Below are positions 1-5,344 of a stretch of 5,363 nt of DNA, in pieces. Source of the stretch: Fonticula alba ATCC 38817 (lineage: Eukaryota; Protista; Nucleariida); assembly GCA_000388065.2 (NCBI GenBank), contig KB932207.1; one strand, written 5' to 3'. A program made the translations under genes and the position numbers. The notes beneath the pieces were generated by a model. It was given only the letters and a program-made list of their open reading frames with translations. It was not told the origin of the DNA and did no database searches. Position 1 is the stretch's first letter; each line of letters starts with the position of its first letter.

Positions 1-2
1 CG

Positions 3-1325
3 GCCCCGCCGCCGCCGCCGGCCGCCGCCGCCGCCGGTGGGTTCGGCGCCCCGCCCCCGGCGGCCGCTGGCTTTGGCGCCCCGCCCCCGGCGGCCGCTGG
101 CTTTGGCGCCCCGCCCCCGGCGGCCGCTGGCTTTGGCGGCCCCCCTCCCGCCGCCGCTGCCAGTGGCTTCGGCGGTCCGCCAGTTCCCCCCTCGCGCCCG
201 GGCCCGCCGGCTCCCCCCTCGCGCCCGGGGCCGCCCCCGCCTCCCAGCCGGCCGGCCGCCGGGTCTCCGCCTGCCCCTCCCAGTCGGCCGGCCGGTACGG
301 CTCCCCCGCCGCCGCCGGTGCGCTTCGGCGGGCCGCCCGCCCCTCCCAGCCGGCCGGCCGGCGCTTCGCCCCCCCCGCCGCCCGTTCGCACCGCCGGCGG
401 GCCGCCGCCGCCGCCCTCGCGGCCTGGCGCCCCGACCCCCGCCTCGCCCGGGTTCTCCAGCCCTCCGGCCCCGGCCCCGGCTCCGGCTCCTGTGTCGCGG
501 CCACCGCCGCCGTCCGGCGCCGGGCGTGGCCCGCCCCCTCCATCCAGTGCCGGCGCCACTGGCGGCGCGCGCAAGCGCCCCATCAAGCGCTCGGAGATCA
601 GTGGCCCGGTGTCCGGCACCTTCCAGCACCTGTCCCACTTGGGTCTCAGTGTTGATGGTAGCTTCAAGATCGAAAACCTCCCGGACGAGTGGCGCGCGGT
701 CTTCATCAAGGCCGGTGTCAGCGAGGAGGAGATGAAGGACTCCGGCACCGCGGAATTCATCATGAAGTTCCTGCGTGATTCCGGTCTGCCGGATGCGCGC
801 GGAGCGCCGGCCGGCGGGGCCGCCACCTCCTCGATGGCCGCGCCTCCGATGGCCGCGCCGCCGCTTCCTGGCCGTGGCCCGCCGCCGCCGCCGCCTGCCG
901 GGCGCCCGGCCCCCCCGCCGCCGCCCCCGTCTGGTGGTGGTGGCTTCGCCGCGCCGCCGCCGCCGCCGCCGCCGGCCGGTGGTTTTGGTGGCCCGCCGCC
1001 GCCGCCGCCGCCTTCCGGCGGCTTTGGCGCCCCCCCGCCGCCGGCGTCCGGCGGTTTCGGCGCTCCGCCGCCCCCGAGCCGCGGCCCGGCTCCCCCGTCT
1101 GGCGGTGGCCTGCTCGAGGCCATCCGCGGCCATGGCGGTGTTCAGAAGCTGAGCGCCGCCTCCGAGCGCCAGATCGAGCCCAGCGCCGCCAGCCCCGGTG
1201 GCAGCGGTGGTGATGCCACTGACTCCATTGCGTCGGCCCTGCGCCAGGCCCTGAACGCTCGCAGTGACGCGTTCCGCGGCAACAGCTCCGACGAGTCTGA
1301 GTCTGACAATGATGATTGGGACTGA
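3..1325 (+). CDS. WASP: WASP-family actin nucleation-promoting factor (Arp2/3 activator), 5'-partial, 440 aa visible
   Basis: Manual translation shows the frame is stop-free from base 3 (APPPPPAAAAAGGFGAPPP...) to TGA 1323-1325, so the track start GTG 318 is internal. Domain order: Pro-rich; basic RKRPIKR (570-590); CRIB ISGPVSGTFQHLSHLG with WASP-type GBD helices; polyPro; WH2 LLEAIRGHGGVQKL; central SIASALRQALNAR; acidic tail with penultimate Trp (DESESDNDDWD). The N-terminal domain lies outside the window, so the subfamily is not fixed. Confidence 0.92.
   Translation, partial: APPPPPAAAAAGGFGAPPPAAAGFGAPPPAAAGFGAPPPAAAGFGGPPPAAAASGFGGPPVPPSRPGPPAPPSRPGPPPPPSRPAAGSPPAPPSRPAGTAPPPPPVRFGGPPAPPSRPAGASPPPPPVRTAGGPPPPPSRPGAPTPASPGFSSPPAPAPAPAPVSRPPPPSGAGRGPPPPSSAGATGGARKRPIKRSEISGPVSGTFQHLSHLGLSVDGSFKIENLPDEWRAVFIKAGVSEEEMKDSGTAEFIMKFLRDSGLPDARGAPAGGAATSSMAAPPMAAPPLPGRGPPPPPPAGRPAPPPPPPSGGGGFAAPPPPPPPAGGFGGPPPPPPPSGGFGAPPPPASGGFGAPPPPSRGPAPPSGGGLLEAIRGHGGVQKLSAASERQIEPSAASPGGSGGDATDSIASALRQALNARSDAFRGNSSDESESDNDDWD
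45..138 (+). repeat. Coding minisatellite: 3 perfect 30-bp units encoding GAPPPAAAGF
   Basis: ggcgccccgcccccggcggccgctggcttt occurs exactly at 45-74, 75-104 and 105-134, plus 4 matching bases, with degenerate copies on either side. Confidence 0.97.
186..425 (+). repeat. Degenerate coding repeats of PPSRP, including a 63-66 nt tandem duplication
   Basis: PPSRP is encoded at 186, 213, 240, 276, 342 and 411. 270-332 (PAPPSRPAGTAPPPPPVRFGG) resembles 336-401 (PAPPSRPAGASPPPPPVRTAGG). 186-202 and 213-229 share 17 identical nt. Confidence 0.85.
597..779 (+). other. GTPase-binding domain (CRIB plus WASP-type autoinhibitory helices)
   Basis: ISGPVSGTFQHLSHLG fits the CRIB pattern ISxP-x(2-4)-FxHxxH[VL]G. 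The downstream FKIENLPDEWRAVFIKAGVSEEEMKDSGTAEFIMKFLRD aligns by eye with the WASP GBD C-terminal part (F-x2-NL-x3-[WL]-x2-[LV]F-x2-AG[IV]SE-x2-[LM]-x-D-x2-T-x3-I-x2-F[IL]). Confidence 0.92.
1110..1322 (+). other. VCA/WCA module: WH2 (1110-1169), central amphipathic helix (1224-1274), acidic tail (about 1284-1322)
   Basis: LLEAIRGHGGVQKLSAASER, then SIASALRQALNARSDAF, then SSDESESDNDDWD-stop. The motif order and terminal DDW are characteristic of Arp2/3 activators. Confidence 0.88.
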
Positions 1326-2037
1326 TTTTCTCCTCGGCCTCTCTCTGCCTCTCGCCCTCGCCGTCTTGTTTTCCGTCCTCTGTCCTCTCCGTGTGGCTCC
1401 GCATGGGCTCATGCTCTCCCCGCCTCCTCTCCCCCTCTCCCTCTCTCTCTCTCCCCGCCTCTCCCTTCTTGCCCTCCCCCCTCCTCCCCTGCAATGGTCC
1501 AAGGGACAAAGGGACGGGATCCTGGCGTGCGCTGGCACGAGGGGCAAGGGAGGGGGGAGAAAGTGTGTGGCAGGTGCTCCGTCGCGGGTGTCCGGTCCCC
1601 TCCGCTGTGCGGAATCCCCGCCAGCCATCTGCGTCTCCACCTCAGCCCCTCCCCCCCCCCCACCCCCCTTTTGCCTTTTCCCTCCTTCTTTCTCCCTCCC
1701 CCTGTCTCGAGTCCCCCCAACGCCCCTGCCCGTGGGGCTTTCCTCGGCTGCACGCACCCACATGCACACATACACGCGCCCACATTATTTCCCCCCCTCC
1801 CCCTCCTCCCGACGACGATCGCGATGTCGTGTCCTTGTTCCAAGCAATACACCCCCCCCCCCTCTGCCTCCCTCCCTGCACGCTTTCCACCAATCGCGCA
1901 CGCCGCTTCCTGGTTTCGCTCTCACTCGACGGGAAGGAAAAGCCGGTGTGTATATGATGCTGAACAGAGCAGGGTCTCTGCGCCGGCTGCGCGCACCACC
2001 CCACCTATCTAGAAAAAAAGAGGAAGCAAAATGGATC
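1326..2037. other. Convergent intergenic region / 3' UTRs of gene 1 (+) and gene 2 (-)
   Basis: Lies between stop codons TGA 1325 (+) and TGA 2038 (-). Low-complexity C/T-rich on + up to about 1925, with C11 runs at 1651-1661 and 1852-1862, then A/G-rich. No credible coding frame. Confidence 0.7.
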
Positions 2038-3123
2038 TCACTGCGCAGACGCCGCGACCGCGACCGCGCCCGATTCCGCGGCCTGGTGCATCTGCAACAG
2101 GTCCTGCAAGGACAGGCCAGTGTCGCTGGTGCCGGTGGAGCCCGGACGCAGGTTGGCAAGGGTGGAGGCCACCACGCTGGGGGCCTGGTCACGGACAGGA
2201 GCAGGCCCCCCGGCACCGGCCAGCACCTGACGCGACACATACTGGCACACTTCGCGGTTCTTGGCCAGCTCCGGGTCGGCATCGGCGGCCTGGTTGGACA
2301 GGATGACCGCCTGGTTGATCATGACCGCCCGGTCGAAGGGATGCTTCGGGAGGCGGTTGCTGGAGGTCCGCCGGGGCTGGCCCGCCGGTCCGCCATCCGG
2401 CTGGCCGTCAGCCCCGCGCGGATGACCCACCACCCCGCCCAGGGTGAAGGGCTTCGACAGGAGAGTGGCCACGGTGGAGGCCACATACCGGCGGACGCCA
2501 ACAAATGCATGGTCCCGCTGGCCGAAGTCCGCCAGGAAGACAAAGTACACGCCGATGCCTGGGCAGGGTGCGCAGGGGGAGGAGGAAGGGCAGCAGCAGC
2601 GGCAGCAGCAGCAGCAGCAGCAGCAGAAGGCCAAATGGCGAAGGGATCGCGCGTGTCAGACATACAGCGGGGGCACCATGGCCAGGGGCGAGGGCGGAGG
2701 CGAGGGGGGAGAGGCATTCACCGGCAGCGCGCAAGCATGCGCCTGGGCGCGGCACGCACCCACGCTGCCGAAAACCGCGGCACTGTGCAGCCGGCTCAGG
2801 GTCTTCGGCCGGAGGATGGACGACCGGGCCAACACCGCCTCGGAATACTCCTTGTGCAGGAGCTGCCGCTGGGCGGGCGTCAAGTCACGAAGCTCCGCGT
2901 CGGTCAGCTTTTGCCCGGCGGCCGAGGTGGCCAACATGTGGCGCTCCTCGCTCAGACCCGACTTCTCGGTCAGGTTCCCCTCGTTGGGCATCGGCTCGAA
3001 GCCGGGGAGGTGCGAGTACTTTTGGAGCAGCTCCTGGCGCTCGAGGTACGTCTTGGACTTGGCCATGATGGGGATGCGCCGGCGCTGCGGGCCGGCGTCC
3101 GCCGGGGCCGGATTGGCGGACAT
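2038..3123 (-). CDS. Hypothetical single-pass membrane protein, 294 aa, join(complement 2760-3123, 2038-2558)
   Basis: ATG 3123-3121 (MSANPAPADAG...) follows a pyrimidine-rich leader. Exon 1 is 364 nt and exon 2 is 521 nt, total 885 nt = 295 codons ending TGA 2040-2038. The phase-1 splice gives ...RLHSAAVFGSV-G-IGVYFVFLADFGQRDHAFVGVRRY..., a contiguous hydrophobic helix at aa 115-131. Both exons have GC3-rich codons. No family recognised with confidence. Confidence 0.8.
2559..2759 (-). other. Spliceosomal intron, 201 nt, phase 1
   Basis: Donor G|GTGCGT at 2759, acceptor ccctgcccAG|G at 2559, CTGAC at 2659-2655. The in-frame TGA (2658-2656) falls inside the intron. Splicing joins two track ORFs in frame. 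Confidence 0.85.
2591..2626. repeat. Interrupted trinucleotide microsatellite (CAG)3 CGG (CAG)8; reads (CTG)8 CCG (CTG)3 on the gene's sense strand
   Basis: Read directly from the sequence; lies inside the gene 2 intron. Confidence 0.97.
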
Positions 3124-3976
3124 GAGGCGAGAAGCACGCGAGGAAAAGGGCAAGAAGAAGAGGAAGGGGGAAGGGGGACGGCGAGGACGGGGAGGCCGAT
3201 GGACGTGGGACTTGTGGAGGGCCAATGCCCAGGGCAGAGCGGCCAACTGGGGATCTCTTCAATTACCATGGGGCGCGCTGTGGAAGTCCCCCTTGCCCCT
3301 TGCGCTGGCCAAGCGCCCCGGGGAGCGGGATCTCCAGCCATCCCGCCCTCCTCTCGGCATCTGGGGAGCAAACGTGGTGGGGGGGGGGGGGGGGGGCGCA
3401 TCGTGTTCCCCTTCCCCTTCCCCCGGCACCCCCTCGCCGGCTCGCCCCTGCGTGCGGCCGGAGGGACAACGAAGCCATATGAAATGGGAATCACATGAAG
3501 GCATCACACACATAAGCAGCCAGATCCCAACGAATCAGTCCCTTGGCGATGCCCCTTCCGGAAGCTCCTCGGCCCGGCCCCGCGACGTTCGGTCCCAGTG
3601 ACGGAGGCCCAGGAAGCGGGGGGGGGGGGGGAGGGCGCACACAGATGCGGGGGGAAGCATCTGGAGAAGCCTTCCGTGAAGGGTCTGGGTGTCTGATCGT
3701 CGCTGCTCGGCCGTCTGCCTGCCTGCCTGTCCCGTCCCTCCGCCGCCCGTTTCAGGCATCCTCGGGTGTCGGGGCTCGGCGGGGAGACATCGAGGGTGAT
3801 GGGCCCCGGCGATCCAAATGCCTCTGCCATGTGCTCCCCGGGGCTGTCAGCCTCGCCGATAGACTCCTCTCTTCCCTGCTCTTGTCGCCGCGAGAGTTCT
3901 TCCTCCCCTCTGTTAGTCGCCCCCCCCCCCCCCGCCCGCCCGCCCCCCTCTTGGCCCTTCTCTCCACCTGCCCATC
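3124..3976. promoter_or_regulatory. Divergent intergenic region, probable bidirectional promoter plus 5' UTRs (853 nt)
   Basis: Lies between head-to-head ATGs at 3123 (-) and 3977 (+). Contains a lower-GC patch (3471-3540, 32/70 G+C), G18 (3379-3396), G14 (3618-3631) and C14 (3920-3933). No TSS can be assigned from sequence. Confidence 0.5.
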
Positions 3977-4457
3977 ATGCCTCCCAAGCCCGGCCGCGTT
4001 CTGCCCGTCATGCGCCAGTCTCCGGACCAGCTCCTGGAGAAGGTCCTGGCTGATGACAACACCCGCCAGCAATACCAGTCCCTGGTGGCGGAGGCCGGCG
4101 CCACGGCGGCCCTCCAGCTCTGGGACAGCCACAAGGCCGCCACCGGGCACTTCCCGACCGGCGGCTCGGCTGCCCCCCTGTCGGCTGACCAGGTGCGCGC
4201 CGCCACCCGGCCAGCAGCTCTTGCTCTTCGCATTGTCCCTCGCCAATTGACCTTGCATCTGTCCGCCCGCCCACTCGCGCCAGGTTTCCCACCTGGTGCA
4301 GACCTTCTCGCCTGCGTTCGGTCTGCCGGCTGACCTGCCGGAGGCCGAGAAGTTGTCCAGCATGGTCTCCACCGCGGCCGGCATGCTTGGCGTCGCCAGC
4401 ACCGAGCCCACCGGCCCGCTCGATCAGTGGATGAAGCTGCCCGCTTACAACGAGTAA
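3977..4457 (+). CDS. Hypothetical protein, join(3977-4192, 4284-4453 or 4457); either 129 aa ending at TAA 4455-4457 or continuing through further exons
   Basis: ATG 3977 MPPKPGRVLP...LSADQ (72 aa), phase-0 splice into VSHLVQTFSPAFGLPADLPEAEKLSSMVSTAAGMLGVASTEPTGPLDQWMKLPAYN. Exon 2 has strong GC3 bias and is missed by the ORF track in this frame. No recognisable domain. Confidence 0.72.
4193..4283 (+). other. Spliceosomal intron, 91 nt, phase 0
   Basis: CAG|GTGCGC donor at 4193, TTGAC at 4247-4251, no AG between it and gcgcCAG|G at 4283. The frame is preserved across the junction. Confidence 0.78.
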
Positions 4458-4463
4458 GCCCCC

Positions 4464-4557
4464 CTTTCTTTCTTTCTTTCTCTCTCTCTCTCTCTCTCTC
4501 TTTCCNNNNNNNNNNCCCCCCCCCGCACGCACTCACGCACGCACGCACGCACGCACG
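4464..4557 (+). repeat. Compound microsatellite (CTTT)4 (CT)11 - gap - (CACG)6
   Basis: (CTTT)4 at 4464-4479, (CT)11 at 4480-4501, (CACG)6 at 4534-4557. Confidence 0.93.
4506..4515. other. Assembly gap (10 N)
   Basis: nnnnnnnnnn flanked by CT repeats and a C run; true length unknown. Confidence 0.99.
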
Positions 4558-5299
4558 CTCGTACACATACGGCCCTCCGCGCCAGCGCACTTCCCGTGCC
4601 GGGAGTAGGATGCCTGGCCGCACGCCGGACAGGCCCCCATCTCTGCCTGGCCTGACCACCCCCCTGCGGCACGACCTGCATGTTGTTATTTTCAGTTCGC
4701 GCCCCATCCACACCCCTTACTCCACTTCCCGACTCCCAGTCATCTAGGCCCGAGGAGGGGAGCAGGAAAAGGCGCCGTGGCCACGGCCCAGCCCCAGGCC
4801 TTCTTTCCAGCCCGGCCGGCCAGCAAGCGACGGGAGTTGCCACGGAGGGGCGCGCCCCCCCCCCCCCCCCCCGTGCCGCCAGTCAGCAAGCCTCCCTCGG
4901 GGCACGCGCGAGCGAACAGCTGGACGTGCGTGTGTGCGCGCGCCAGCCGCAGCAGCGCCCCCCCCGGCCAGCAGCCCCTCGTCCTGAACCACACCACACT
5001 GCCCTTCTGCTCTAGAGTTGAAGGGAGCCCCGCAGGGGCCCCCCTCCAGAGCCACTGACACATCCTCTTTTCCAGGGCAGTCCCTCTCCCCTCCCCCTTT
5101 GCTCGCCTTCCCCCTCCCCTCCGTCGCCCCCCCCCCTCCGTCTCTGTCTCTTCCCTCCCCCTCCCCCTCTGCTCTCCCCTGCTCGCGCCCGGTTGTACCA
5201 TCCCCTCCCCCGTAGTTCCTCTAGACACTCGGTAAACGTCAGCCACGTGCGTCCCCCGCCGGTGTCCTACCATTCGCTCACTCTCCACCGGTTTGCCCG

Positions 5300-5344
5300 C
5301 TGACCTGCTCGTTTCTCCTCGCCCCCTCTTCCCCCTCCTCCCAG
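5300..5344 (+). other. Putative intron 3' end (branch point, polypyrimidine tract, acceptor)
   Basis: gCTGAC at 5300-5304, then about 38 nt that is almost all pyrimidine with no AG, then ccCAG at 5344. A candidate donor G|GTAAAC at 5232 would give a 113-nt intron. Confidence 0.6.

Larger units (their letters stand above)
4454..4695 (+). other. Probable second intron of gene 3; acceptor uncertain (4585 or 4695)
   Basis: Consensus donor GA|GTAAGC at 4454 followed by microsatellites. Candidate acceptors are gcgcCAG at 4585 and CTGAC (4652-4656)...ttattttCAG at 4695. The donor overlaps an in-frame TAA, so retention or termination here cannot be excluded. Confidence 0.5.

Noticed and set aside
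45-134. 30-bp direct repeats as a CRISPR array
   Set aside because: Units are contiguous with no spacers, are in-frame coding sequence, and the genome is eukaryotic with no cas genes.
318-320. GTG start for the WASP ORF
   Set aside because: The frame is open upstream to the window edge with the same repeat content, and the locus is eukaryotic.
37-735. 232-aa ORF with RPRRPLALAP repeats (also 775-1152 + and 760-1509 -)
   Set aside because: Alternative-frame or antisense readings of the WASP CDS and its 30-bp repeat; the WASP frame holds all recognisable domains.
1812-1832. Imperfect palindrome around ATCGCGAT
   Set aside because: Only 8 bp perfect with a bulged extension; expected by chance in GC-rich DNA and lacks context.
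1950-1990. C/D snoRNA-like motifs (ATGATGC immediately followed by CTGA)
   Set aside because: The boxes overlap or abut with no guide region and no terminal stem; the C box is imperfect.
2559-2634. Poly-Cys N-terminus (MAFCCCCCCCC) of track ORF 2038-2634
   Set aside because: Translation of intron sequence from a TTG pseudo-start; the exon begins at the 2559/2558 acceptor.
1264-3498. 744-aa + strand ORF
   Set aside because: Runs through low-complexity UTR sequence and then antisense to gene 2. GC3-biased genes often leave stop-free shadow frames; composition (R/G/P/L-rich, poly-Ala from the CAG tract) is not protein-like.
3546-3600. tRNA/Pol III-like motif (gttcggtccc resembling a B box or T loop)
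   Set aside because: Poor B-box match, no A box at suitable spacing, and no cloverleaf could be built.
2444-3601. 385-aa + ORF with a polyQ tract
   Set aside because: The polyQ comes from the intronic CAG/CTG microsatellite read antisense to gene 2; no domain and no supporting start context.
3259-3830. Short ORFs in the divergent region (3259-3513 -, 3504-3830 -, 3543-4250 +, 3766-4053 +)
   Set aside because: No codon bias, include homopolymer-derived polyPro/polyGly, no domains and no consistent exon chain.
4445-5288. Several minus-strand ORFs (4445-4843, 4740-5288, 4744-5061, 3913-4713)
   Set aside because: Antisense readings of C/T-rich repeats giving ERERE/GGGR-type artefacts; some cross the N gap; splice signals in this region all point to + transcription.
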